Assembly: GCF_964194155.1 (NCBI RefSeq)
Contig: NC_135898.1
Coordinates: 13,578,001-13,642,000 of the forward strand
DNA: 64,000 nucleotides
Reading direction: 5' to 3'
DNA from: Cetorhinus maximus
Lineage: Eukaryota
Part shown: positions 1-11,507 of the stretch, one piece after another
Position numbering within the stretch: position 1 is the first letter of the stretch
How the letters are laid out: each line of letters starts with the position of its first letter
Translations under genes and position numbers: made by a program
Notes under the pieces: generated by a model
The model's database searches: none
What the model saw: only the letters and a program-made list of their open reading frames with translations
Told to the model about the DNA's origin: nothing

Positions 1-465
1 AACAGAGTCTGGCGAAATAGTGGGGTGGTGAGTTGTTGCTTGCTCTGGCCTTGCTGATAGTTTACTGAGGAGAGGTTGAAACGTTTGGGCCACATTGCAG
101 GCCCTCTCGGGTATCATGTGATAAGCACTGTCAGGCAGCTCGCCACTGTCAGTCTCACATATGGGCAGTGCTGAGTACTGGGTCAGAGCGGCTGTCAGAT
201 TAACGTACATTTGAACGATATCTGACACATCGTTTTGGCAGCAGCTGAGAAGCCAGAGAGGGTCGCCCTGTAGAAACAAATCCCTTGCATCGTCCAAAAC
301 TGATCCTTTGTGCCTCGTTAGTTTCTCATTTGACATGTCCCCCAGAATTTTCCTTAGAACATGCTGGACTGTTGGTACTTGCTCCCTTTGATAACCAAAC
401 TCTTCTACCGACTTGCTTTTGCCTGCCAGGTGCAGTTTCTGAATGATTTCTGAAGGATCTTCCAT
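1..465 (-). CDS. TTI2: TELO2-interacting protein 2, first coding exon (partial, continues beyond window start)
   Basis: Stop-free 155-codon frame from ATG at 465: MEDPSEIIQKLHL...DLFLQGDPLWLLS...LTQYSALPICETDSGELPDSAYHMIPERACNVAQ. It resembles fish TTI2 N-termini (DPxWL, ALPxCExDxxxLPxxAYxxxPxRA). Acceptor ttttttccccag at 513-524 places the exon start at 512. Confidence 0.8.
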   Translation of the reverse strand, partial: MEDPSEIIQKLHLAGKSKSVEEFGYQREQVPTVQHVLRKILGDMSNEKLTRHKGSVLDDARDLFLQGDPLWLLSCCQNDVSDIVQMYVNLTAALTQYSALPICETDSGELPDSAYHMIPERACNVAQTFQPLLSKLSARPEQATTHHPTISPDSV

Positions 466-1407
466 GATACCTTTTCGTTGGCTTGGTCCACAATCAGAAA
501 TTCATACTTAGCCTGGGGAAAAAACAGCAATTTTTTTTTGTACTCAAGGCAGTTTGTACCAAGCACCAGCAGAGCGCATATACCAGACTACAGACACCGG
601 AGCAGATGTTTCAACTAAGCAGCCGAACATCTCTGCAAAACAAAGCAGATTGTCAAAGTGTTTAAGGACTACAACTTAGAGGGAAAAGTTGACCCTTGGT
701 CACTTCTCAGGTCGCAGAGTACATCTGTTACATTAATTACCTGATTTATTTCAATCCTGGTTTAGCATAAATTCAGAACCAACAGTTTATCAGAACAGCA
801 GAAATCTTATGTCCCAGCACATTTATGTAAAAACCTTTGGTGTATTACAGTGGCAGGAATCTAGTTTTGAAACTGAAGCCCTGTAACGTAACACAACTAG
901 TAAGCCACTGAATAAAGAAATGTGGTTTTTAAAATCTGAAGCACACTCTGGATCTTTCCACGTCCCTGAACAGATTTGAGATTCCCTGTCTCGGTTGAGT
1001 CAGGAGTTGACAAGACGACGACAGGCCGGGAAGGCCATCTTAGCTCACCCGTCCTGCAAATCCCACAGCCTTTCTCAGTGTTGCATCCCAGTCCAGGGAC
1101 TCCAGGGATTTCTCCCTCCTCCTCCCACATCACAGGATCAGAGAAACCTACATTCAGCTCATGCTCCAACATCTCTCACCCCCCCACCCCCCCCACCCAG
1201 TCAAAGCCCAATTGATGGAAAGTTAAAAGTTAAGGAAAAATCGCAAATGTTGCGGGGGGAGGTGCACAGACTAGAAGGGCCGAATGGCCTGTTTTCTGTG
1301 CTGTAATGTTCTATGGTTCTAAATGGACAGCAGCTGCATTCAGCATCCAGAAGAGAAACGAGGCGGTGAAACCTGCCTTTTCTCTGTCCGGGCTGTGCAT
1401 TTCCAGC

Positions 1408-1445
1408 ATTATTATTATTATTGTTATTATTGTTGTTGTTGTTGT
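1408..1445. repeat. (ATT)n(GTT)n compound microsatellite
   Basis: attattattattattgttattattgttgttgttgttg seen directly. Confidence 0.85.
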
Positions 1446-1489
1446 GATTTGCCTCCCATGTGTTGATGCCTCTTTGTGTGAAGCGGCAT

Positions 1490-1900
1490 TTTGCTGCTCC
1501 TCAGTCCGTCCAGCGGCGCCGAGAGGGGCGGACGGGACGGGGTGCGGTTCACAGCCTCCAGCGGCAAAGCCAGGCTCCCGGCCCAGTCAGCCGAGCGCCG
1601 GAGGCTGGGGGAGGCCCCGAGGGCCCAGTCGCCCCGGCTCGGGGCCGCCCAGAGCAGATGCGCCTCTCCGTCCCATCGTCAAGAAACGCCTCACCTGCCT
1701 CCCCGCCGACGGCTCGGCGTCTGCTTCCGGTCAGAGAGACCTGAAAAAAAACCGCCATGAGGGAGGGAGAGAGAGATAGGGGGGGGGGAGGAAACTCCCA
1801 CCCGGACCAGATAACCCGGCGGACCCCACCAGTGCACTGGGTGTCACCGCCATTCCGGCTTCCGGAAACCCGCAGCTCGCTCTTTGGTTCCGCCCCACCC
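1490..1900 (-). promoter_or_regulatory. CpG-island promoter and 5' UTR exons of TTI2
   Basis: High CpG/GC content. Motifs: GC box 1890-1896, tandem ETS CCGGAA motifs 1853-1867, YY1-type CCGCCATT 1847-1854. Candidate 46-nt exon 1695-1740 (tttttttcag|...cag|gtgag on minus strand). Confidence 0.65.
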
Positions 1901-2399
1901 CTTCCCTTTGCTTGGGTAGAGGTTTGAGACTCTCCTCTTCAGCTCTGACCACTTTCTTCCAGTCACCTGTCCAAATTAAACGGAGCAAGTGTTGACCTCT
2001 CTTTCCCCCCCCACCCTGCACATCTTTTTCTGTAAACATCTAAATTATTTATAAAACTAAAGGAAGTTAATCCACTTAAATCATAACATTTTATACAGTG
2101 TTTACAATGCCCCCTTTGTCCCTTTGGTGTCCACTGGCTGCCCAAGGCCGGTACCTCCAGGGTCACCCAGGCACAAGTTAGAGACTCTCACAAGAGGAAC
2201 TCATGCTGTTAACTGAGGGGACAAGGTGGTATGGCAATTTCTAATATTTACCGGGATTTACCATCACCATTAATTTTAAAATTTATCCATTTATGGGATG
2301 TCAACAGTGGCAAGGCCACTGTTTATTGCCCACCCCCATCCCCGCTGAGAACAGATAAAGAAAGAGGGGCGGCGACAGTGATAGCAAAAACAGAGCTTG

Positions 2400-3104
2400 C
2401 ATCCTGGTGGATGAATCGCAAAATGTTAGTATGCAGGTACAGCAAGTAATTAGGAAAACTAATAGAATGGTATCGTTTATTGTGAGGGGAATTGAATACA
2501 AGCGATTTTGCTTCAGTTATATAGAGCATTGGTGAGACCACATCTGGAGTACTATACAGTATTGGTCACCTTATTTAAGAAAGAATGTAAATGCATTGGA
2601 AGCAGTTCAGATATGGTTAACTAGATGAAGATCTAGAATAGGAGGGTTGTCTTATGAGGAAAGGTTGAACAGGCTAGGCTTGTATCAGCTGGTGTTTAGA
2701 GGAGCACGAGGAAACTTGATTGAAACATATAAGATCCTCAAAGTTCTTGACAGGGTAGTTGTGGAAAGGATATTTCCTCATGGAGGATCACTGTTTAAAA
2801 ATAAGAGGTTGCCCGTTTAAGACAGAGATGAGAATTTTTTTCTCTCAGAGGGTGAAGAATGTTTGGAACTCTCTTCCTCAAAGGGCAGTGGAAGCAGAGT
2901 CTTTTAATATTTTTAAGGCAAAGATAGATCGATTCTTGATAAGCAAGGGAGTGAAAGGTTATCGGGGTAAGTTGGAATGTGGACTTGAGGCTGGAAATGT
3001 GGAGTTGAGGTTACAACCAGATCACCCATGATGTTATTGAATGGCGGAGCAGGCTTGAGGGGCCGAGTGGCCTACTCCTGCTCCTCATTCACATGTTCGT
3101 ATGA
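2400..3104 (+). mobile_element. CR1 LINE 3' fragment (RT C-terminus and 3' UTR)
   Basis: RPHLEY-type and LKIRG.PFKTEMR.FFSQRV..WNSLPQRAVEA motifs; typical CR1 tail ggccgagtggcctactcctgctcct. Confidence 0.85.
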
Positions 3105-3414
3105 GACCAGTAACAGGCGCATTGGTTCAGAGCCCACTGACCACATTTGAAAAAAATCTTAAACTGAGAAATTTTATGAAATGAGAAATTTCAATCAGGT
3201 GACTACAACAAGAAGTATATGAACAGGAGAATAAGAACAGAGCAGGTCTAGAGGCATTAATTTATGGGGCAGCAGATTCATCTGCTATGGGGGAGATATA
3301 AATATTGTATTAAATTTATAGCTTAACTAAGTAACCTACTTAATAAAACTAGAAATAATCATTGGCCAATATTTCAAAACTTGAAACTCAAGTTAATAAA
3401 TAAAATACAATAGA

Positions 3415-5220
3415 AATTGCAGAGGAGGTGATGTTTTGCAGCTGTAGCATGTGGGAGCTGGTGGACAGCACTATGATCAACTGCAACGACATCTGCATTA
3501 AGTGTCTGCAGCTCAAGGAACTTTGGCTCAGAGTTGATGAGCTGGAGTCGGAGCTTCAGACACTGTGATGCATCAGAGAGGTGGAAAGTTATCTGGACAC
3601 TTTGTTCCAGGAGGCAGTCACATCCCTTAGGTTAGCTACTTCACATTTGGTCTGTGGACAGGCACAGGAGGTTGTGACTGCAAGTGAGGCAGCTATGGGG
3701 ATCCAGAAGGTAGCAATGGAGAAGCCTCAGCACTTATTCAACAGATTTGATGTTCTTGCAACCTGTATGGATGACAGCAGGAACTGCAGGGAGGATTAAC
3801 AAACTAACCAGAGCACCGTGGTGCAGGGGACCATTCAAACTGGGGGAGTTAAAAGGAACTTAGTAGCAACAAGGGTCAGTACAATTGGAGGATAGATTTT
3901 CTGTGGCCGAGATCATGAGTCCCGAAGGCTGTGTTGCCTGCCTGGTGCCAGACTGAAGGACATCTCCTCAGGGCTGGAGAAGAACTTGGATTGGGAGAGG
4001 AATTTGGACTGCAAGGGGAAAGATCCAGTTGACATAATCCACGTGAGTACCAATAACACAGGTGGGATGGTGAAGGAGTTTCTGCTCAGGGAGTATGAGC
4101 AGCTTGGAACTAAATTAAAGGCAGAGGTAATGATCCCTGGATTACTATCTGAGCCACGACCAAATTGGTATAGGGTAAATGAGATGAGAGAGAGTTGAAT
4201 GCGTGGCTCGAAGATTGGTGTGAGAGAAATGGGGTTCACTTCTGGGACCCTGGCTTGAGTACTGAGGAGATGATGTGTTGCAGCTGTAGTATGTGGGAGC
4301 TGGTGGACAGCAGTATGATCGACTGCAACGACATCTGCATTAAGTGTCTGCAGCTCAAGGCTCCTGGCAAACTGTAGAACTAGGGCTTTACAGCGGGATT
4401 TAAACTAAATAGATGAGGGGAGGCTTGGAAAGTTAAAGAGCGAGGACAAGGCAATAATGCAGTGCAGCGATATGCTTAATGATGACCAGAGTGTGACAGG
4501 AAGGCACAGAGCACACAAACAAAAGAGTGCACCAGCAAATAAGGTCAGAGATGGTAAAAAGACAGAATCAAAAGCTCTTTATTTGAAGGCTCACAGCATT
4601 CATAAGAAAATGGATGAATTGATAGCTCAAATAGAAATAAATGAGTATGATAGTCAGTACAGAAATGTAGTTGCAAGGTGACCAAGGCTGGAATCTGAAT
4701 ATTCAAGGGTAGTTGACATTTTGGAAGGCCTGGAAGAAAGAGAAAGAAAGTGGAGTAGCTTTGTTAAGAAGGGATGAGACCAGTGCAGTTGTGAGAAATG
4801 ATTTTGGTTCAAGGTGCATAATCAGTTTGGGTGGATGTAAGAAATAGCAAAGGGAGGAAGTCACTGTTGGGAATGGTTGAGAAGCCCCCTATCAGTCGCA
4901 ACACTGTAGGATGGATTTTCAATCAAGAAATAATGGGGGCCTGTAAGAAAGGTACTACAATCGTCGTGGGCAATTTTCAGCTTCATATAGAAAACATATA
5001 TGATCTCTGGATTACTACCTGAGCCACGACCAAATTGGCATAGGGTAAATAAGATGAGAGAGAGTTGAATGCGTGGCTCGAGGATTGGTGTAAGAGAAAT
5101 GGGTTTCACTTCTGGGACCCTGGCTCGAGTACTGGGGAAAGAGGGAGTTGTAACATTGGACAGTTTTCGCCTGATCCCTGTTTGGACCAGGCTCCTGGCA
5201 AAGGCTTTACAGAGGGGTTT
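3415..5220 (+). mobile_element. CR1 LINE 5' part (ORF1 Zn-finger/esterase and ORF2 endonuclease remnants), internally rearranged
   Basis: CxxCSMWE...CIKCLQL, NRFDVL, LCCLPGAR, IIHVSTN (ORF1); ALYLKAHSI..KMDELIAQI and IVVGNF (APE). Confidence 0.8.
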
Positions 5221-5250
5221 CATACAGATATAGATCTATATAGATTAGAC

Positions 5251-5769
5251 CAGGCTTGCCAACTTTTTTGCTTGCGGGGGGAAAATTTCCATTTTTCTCT
5301 CACTCAAGGGGCTGATGAGCAGATTTCGGAAAGATACATGAATTTCAAAATAAAGTTGAGGTATGAAGGAAATGAACGACTTTCTGAACAAAAATAAATC
5401 AATATCAAAGCAATAAATTGATATTTTTTTAAGAAGAGTAATTAATAAAAACGACTGCAAAAGAGTGAGAGTGTGTGCGTCCGGCTCACTCCCAGTCACA
5501 GGGAGTTTACTCACTCACCCTCACCCACTGTGAGAGTGGGTGAGAGTATGTGTTAGTGTGTGGGGGGTGAGGGTGACTGAGAATCCTGGGACTGGGAGTG
5601 AGCCGGGCACACACATCCACATACTTTCTCCCACACTCACACTCTTCGTGCAAAACCTTGAATTTCACTTACCTGTTTTACCGACATTTTGAACATTGGT
5701 TCCGGGGGCTACATAAAAGGGCTTCGCAGGCCACAATGCGGCCCGTGGGCCACCAGTTGGACAAGCCTG
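5251..5769. mobile_element. hAT-like MITE
   Basis: TIR caggcttg-ccaact / agttggacaagcctg; 8-bp flanks gattagac / gatgagat (6/8 match); subterminal gcggcccg(t)gggcc motif. Confidence 0.7.
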
Positions 5770-6136
5770 GATGAGATGAATTAAATTGGCAAAGGTAGTG
5801 TGGAGAATAAGTTCATATTGTTATGACCACAGCTGGTGTTAATTGCTGCGCAAACCAAATCCCAGAGGGAAACCTGGATTATGGGCCACAACCTTTCCTT
5901 TTGTACTCTGATAAGAAGAAGAAGATGTACTGATCTTAGCAGTAAGAGGTCCAGTAACACTTTTGGGTTTTTAAAAATTGAAAATAAAAGTTGTATGAAC
6001 AAGAAAGAAAAGAAAATTTAAGCACACAAGGTTACAGTTACACGATCACAGTTAGTCTTACAAAACATTCCCCCAAAACACTCTACTTGGTCAAACACAC
6101 AAGTAAACACTTTCCAGGCAACACTCCCTTATAGAT

Positions 6137-6247
6137 CACAAAACAAAAACAGAATTACCTGGAAAAACTCAGCAGGTCTGGCAGCTTCAGCGGAGAAGAA
6201 AAAAGTTGACGTTTCGAGTCCTCATGACCCTTCAGCTTTTTGTTTTT
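6137..6247 (-). mobile_element. Penelope-type mini-element with perfect 14-bp TSD
   Basis: Direct repeat actcccttatagat at 6123-6136 and 6248-6261. Body matches the gaaacgtc...gatgctgccagacctgctgag terminal sequence also seen at 62255-62391. Confidence 0.7.
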
Positions 6248-6534
6248 ACTCCCTTATAGATGTTTAAATATGAAAGAAATCCAGTAATATTACACAAGGC
6301 AAACTGCAGTAGCTTCAATAAAGGTGTACCACATAACCTTTACCCTGTGATGTAGCTGCGATCACATTGCTATTTGTGGGATCTTGCTGTGTGTGCTTCA
6401 GCTGACGTATGGAAAGCTCAACTGAGGCCTTGTCTGTTGTCTCAGGTGGATCTAAAAGAAAACACCTGATGTCCTGGCAGAGTTGAACTGACATTTATCT
6501 CATGGCTGTTTTGGGAGCTTGCTGACTGCAAATT

Positions 6535-6985
6535 GACCCTCTCAGGACCGCTCTGTCAAGTCCCTTCAGAATCTTAATTGTTTCAATGCGATTACCGCTC
6601 ATTCTTTTAAAGTCCAATGCTCAGCCTGCTCAACGTCTTCTCATAAGACAACACCTTCATCAACAAGAGTCAGCCCAGGAAATGTTCTCTGAAGCACTTC
6701 CAATACAAGTATATCCCTCCCTAAATACGGAGACCAAAATTGTACACGGTACTCTAGTTGTGGTCTCACAAATGCCTGGACAATTGTTCTGTGCCTTTAA
6801 ACTCCATCCCCCTTGCAATTAAAGCCAACATTCTATTTGCCTTCCGGTTCTGCAGTCTCTTCTCCATTTAAATAATATTTTGCTTCTCTAATTATCCTGT
6901 CAAAGTGGACAAATCATATTTTCCCACATTCTACTCCATCTGCCAAATTTTTGCCCATTCACTTAACCTATCCATGTCCCTTTGC
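6535..6985 (-). mobile_element. CR1 LINE RT fragment
   Basis: Reverse complement of KWQME.NVGK and RVP/EYCVQFWSP-type segments. Confidence 0.7.
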
Positions 6986-7910
6986 ATGATCTAATTGTAT
7001 GGTAGAGCAGGCTCGAGGGCCGAATGGCCTACTCCTGTTCCTGTGGTCAGTGACATTTAAGGTGTGATTTGATTTCAAATCAGTCAGAAATGCAATTAAA
7101 TTTTGTCACTAACACCAGATGGCCTTTTAAGATCCTAACAAGAGAGGGCAGTGTTTATTTGGTTTAAGCCATTACAAAATGACTCCCTTTCTCATCCTCT
7201 GCTCTAACCACTAGCCAGCACTAACTTCTTTCTGATGTGCAGATCCTTGGGCACTGAATGCCCTCGGGATATCTCCACCAAGGAGCCATACTTTAAATGG
7301 CTGTTGCCAAGGGATTTGTCCTAAGGAAACATCATGGCCAATTTATTCTGACCTCATCTGAGGATCACACATATGCACTCACAAAGGTCACCACTAGGTG
7401 GCAATGTTGACCAAGCATTTCACCGTTTGTGTGACAAACTCCAGGTCTTGGAGAAGAATTTGTTACAGTCAAAGCCTTCCACTGATTTCTTACACAAACT
7501 ATTCCTTACTCCCGTATTAATCCCGTCATTAAGTCAGGCATAAAGGGACAAACTTCAGACTAAAGTGTTAGGAGGTGGCAGATTGTGGTGCTCTGTGGAT
7601 TGTGAGTTCAAATCCTCTGATGGAGGTGATTACCAGAGCAAATGTTTCTTCCTCCAAGAAAGAAGGCCTCGTGCTGAAGGTTTTGGTTAGCTGAGTATCA
7701 GCATCCCGTTTCACTGCGGCATCAGTGGAGACTTTCTGTGGAGGATGGGACTCATTGTGACAGCGCATGAGACGGGAGCAAACAACTGATTGGGGATTGA
7801 TGTGAGGCACATTACTTACCCAGGCTCAACTTATTCTTTCTGTGAAGGAACTAAACAGAAGGCACCGAGCTAAGTGCGCCACCAAGGTGTCAGCTGTGAT
7901 TAAATTGTGG

Positions 7911-8325
7911 TGTCAGCCATGGTTCAGCGGGTAGCATTCTCACTTCTAAACTTGTGGGTTCAAGACCCACTCCAGAGACTTGAGCACAAATTCCTCCTGA
8001 CATTCCATTGCAGCACTGAGTGAGTGCTGCACTGTCAAAAGTGCCATCTTTCCAACGAGATATTAAACTCTGCCCTCTCGGGATCGTATTTGAAAATGAG
8101 CAGGATTGTTTTCTCTGATGTCCCGACCAACATTTATCCTTCAACTAGCATCACTAAAAAACATATTATCAAGTCATTTTCTCATTGAGGTTTGTGGGAC
8201 CTTGCTGCTAACTGCTGCATTTTTCCCTACGTTACAACAGTGACAATTGCAGAAGTACTTGGCAGTAAAGCACTTTAGGATGTCCTGAAGTCGTGAAAGA
8301 CACTATAAATATCCGTGTTCTTATT
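7911..8325 (+). mobile_element. tRNA-derived DeuSINE (SacSINE1/AmnSINE1-like)
   Basis: A/B-box-like head ggttcagcgggtagc...gggttcaag; Deu-core-like gcactgagtgagtgctgcactgtc; L2-type tail. Confidence 0.7.
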
Positions 8326-9450
8326 CTGCTGCTGGTAACTGAAGCTGCTGAGATCTGCTGCCATCAAACTGTCAATCCGCCAACAAGCCTGTAATTATCA
8401 CAGCCCATCTAATTAAATATTTGGAAATTTAATAAGCGGGGATTACTCATAAAGCTCTTCCAAACGGCACTATACACATTGTAACCAGGAACAGAGAAAG
8501 TGCTCCTTATCAAACTGCTCTGACACACAGCTTCAATCAAATTCTCCTGACGAAGGCAGGCGTCAAATCCAGTCAGCGAAAAGGTCAGCTCTGTGATTGA
8601 TTAATCACACAAAGTGGACCTGATATGTTCGCTGATATGATATTTGCTCACCTGTCACCTGGGCAGCTGTCTGTTCATTCAGTGAAAGGTAATAAAGGGT
8701 ACTTTATTTCCTTATATTTATGGAAGGCATGCATGAGTAAGCTGTGATCAGTAAACTGCACTCTGTCAGACTTGGTATACAGGCTCCAACAGGTATGGTA
8801 TTGGGAAGGAGATATTAGCTTCAGACTGCCTTTTCATAGATCAACCCAATGTACCCAGCTTCTCAATCTGTCTGTCTCTCTCTCTCTCTCCAGAAAGGCA
8901 CCTAGTTATCTCTGGAGTTGATTTATACTATCCACCTCAATCCTCTCCTGATAGCTTATGCTTCTCTTTGGTCATTCTTTGGGTAACAGAGTCCCAGCTG
9001 ACACCCCTTTAATATCCCTAACTTACAAACTTTTAGCTGTGAGTTCTGGTATCTAAACTTGAAGCTCCTTATTTTCGTAAGAAATAGGAGCAGAATTAGG
9101 CCATTCAGCCCCTTGAGCTTGCTGTGCCATTTCATAAGATCATGGCTGATCTGATTTTGGTTTTAACTCCACTTTCCTGCCTGTCCCTCATAACCCTTAA
9201 CTCCCTGTTGATCAAAAATCTGCAGAACTCAACCTCGAATATATTCAATAACCCAGCCTCCACTGCTCACTGGGGGAGAGAATTCCAAACACAAACAACC
9301 CTCTCAGAGAAGAAATTCTTCCTCATCTCCAACTTAAATGGGAGACCCCTTATTTTTAAGCAGTCCCTTGGTTCTAGATTCCCCATGAGGGGAAACATCC
9401 TCTTGGCATCTACGCTGTCAAGCCCCCTCAGAATCTTATATGCTTCATAA

Positions 9451-10288
9451 GACTCCTCAGATACTGAAGCAGTCCATGTCCAAATGCAGTAAGACCTGGA
9501 CAATATCCAGGCTTGGCCTGACAAGTGGCAAGTAACATTCACGCCACACAAGTGCCAGGCAATGACCATCTCCAACAAGAGAGAACCTAACCATCACCCC
9601 ATGACGTTCAATGGCATTACCATCACTGAATCCCCACTATCAACATCCTCGGGGTTACCATTGACCAGAAACTGAACTGGACTAGCCATATAAATACTGT
9701 GGCTACAAGTGTAGGTCAGAGGCTAGGAATCCTGTGACAAGTAACTCACCTCCTGACTCCCCAAAGCCTGTCCACCATCTACAAGGCACAAGTCAGGAGT
9801 GTGATGGAATACTCCCCACTTGCCTGGATGAGTACAGCTCCTACAACACATCGTCCAGGACAAAGCAGCCTGCTTGATTGGCACCACATCTACAAACACT
9901 CAGTCCCTCCAGCGACGCACAGTAGCAGCAGCGTGTACTTTCTACAGGATGCACTGCAGGAATTCACCAAGGCTCCTTAGACAACACCTTCCAAACCCAC
10001 GACCATTACCATCTTAGAAGGACAGCAGATAGATGGGAACACTACAATCTGAAAGTTCCCCCCAAGTCACTCACCATCCTGATTTGGAAATATATCGCCG
10101 TTCCTTCACTGTCACTGCGTCAAAATCCTGGAACTCCCGAACAGCACTGTGGATGTGCCTACACCACATGGACTGCAGTAGTTCAAGAAGGCAGCTCACC
10201 ACTACCTTCTCAAGGGCAGCTAGGGATGGGTAATACATGCTGGCCCAGCCAGCGAAGCCCACATCCTGTTAATGAATTTAAAAAAAAT
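9451..10288 (+). mobile_element. HER1-type LINE, 5'-truncated, nested in CR1
   Basis: RT C-terminus (DLDNIQAW.DKWQVTF; YKAQVRSVMEYSPLAW) and HE1/HER1 3' tail ...gcagctcaccactaccttctcaagggc...gcccacatcc; host CR1 resumes at 10289. Confidence 0.8.
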
Positions 10289-11342
10289 CACCTCCTATTC
10301 TTCTAAACTCCAATGAGTAGAGACCCAACCTGCTCAACCTTTTCTTTTAAGACAACACCTTCATTCCGGGAATCAGCCTAGTGAACCTTCTCTGAACTTC
10401 TTCCAATGCAAGTATATCCCTCCTTAAGTATGGAGACCAAAACTGTACATAACACTCTCAGGGTGGTTCCACCAATGCCTAATACAGTTGTAGCAAGTCT
10501 TCCTTTCTTTAATACTCCATCTGCCTTTCAATAGAAGCCAAAACTCATTTGCCTTCCTAATTATTTGTTGAACCTGCATGCTAACTTTTTGTGATTAAAG
10601 TACAAGGACACCCAGGTCCCTCTGTCATGCAGCATTCTGCAGTCTCTCTCTATTTAAATAATATTGTGTTTTTCTATTCTTCCTGCCACAGTGGACATTT
10701 TTCCTCATTATTTCCATCTGCCAAATTTTTGCCCACTCACTTAACCTATCTGTCTGCCTTTGCACCAACTCTTTGTATATTCCTTACAATTTGCTTTTCT
10801 ACCAATCTTCATATCGTCAGCTAATTTGAGGACAATACAGTTGGTCCTTTCACCCAAGTCATTAATATAGATCTTAAATAGTTGAGGCCTCAGCACTGAA
10901 CCCTGTGACATTCCACTCGTTACAGTTTGTCAGTCGATTTATCCCAACTTTCTGTTTCCTATTCGTTAGCCAATCCTCAATATTCATCTATCATCCCCAA
11001 CTGTGGCACCTTATCAAATGCCTTTTGAAAATTCCACAGTCTCACTCTCTAATGGACGAATGCTCACTTTAGCTACTCTTATCCTTTGCATATACTTGTC
11101 TGTCTTTATATTTCTTGCTAGTTTTTCTCTAATTTCTTCCTCTTTATTGTTCTTCAGTCATCCTTTGCTGGTTTGATACCATCCTTAGCTTCCTTAGTTC
11201 GCCACGAATCATGCACCCTTCTCATCGAGTCTTTCTTTCTCATGAGATGGAATATATCTTTGTTGAGAGTTATGAAATATTTCCTTAAATATCTGCTACT
11301 GCTTCTGTCCTGTCTTACCTTTTAACCTAATTTCCCAGTCCA

Positions 11343-11507
11343 CTTTAGCTAACTTTGTCTCATACCTTTGTAATTGCCTTCATTTAATTTTAAGACTCTA
11401 GTTTCAGACCCACATTTCTCAAGCGCTTTAGCTAACTTTGTCTCATAACTTTGTAATTGCCTTCATTTAATTTTCAGACTCTAGTTTCAGACCCACATTT
11501 CTCAAGC
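11343..11507. repeat. 82-bp tandem duplication
   Basis: 11343-11424 and 11426-11507 are identical except for 2 mismatches. Confidence 0.9.

Noticed and set aside
1306-2039. Overlapping 69-157 aa ORFs in the CpG island
   Set aside because: Stop-codon scarcity in GC-rich promoter DNA; the hydrophobic run comes from a microsatellite
7911-7990. tRNA gene
   Set aside because: The A/B boxes are a SINE head continuing into a Deu core; no complete cloverleaf
11343-11507. CRISPR-like direct repeats
   Set aside because: Only two adjacent 82-bp copies with no spacers, inside a LINE in a eukaryotic genome
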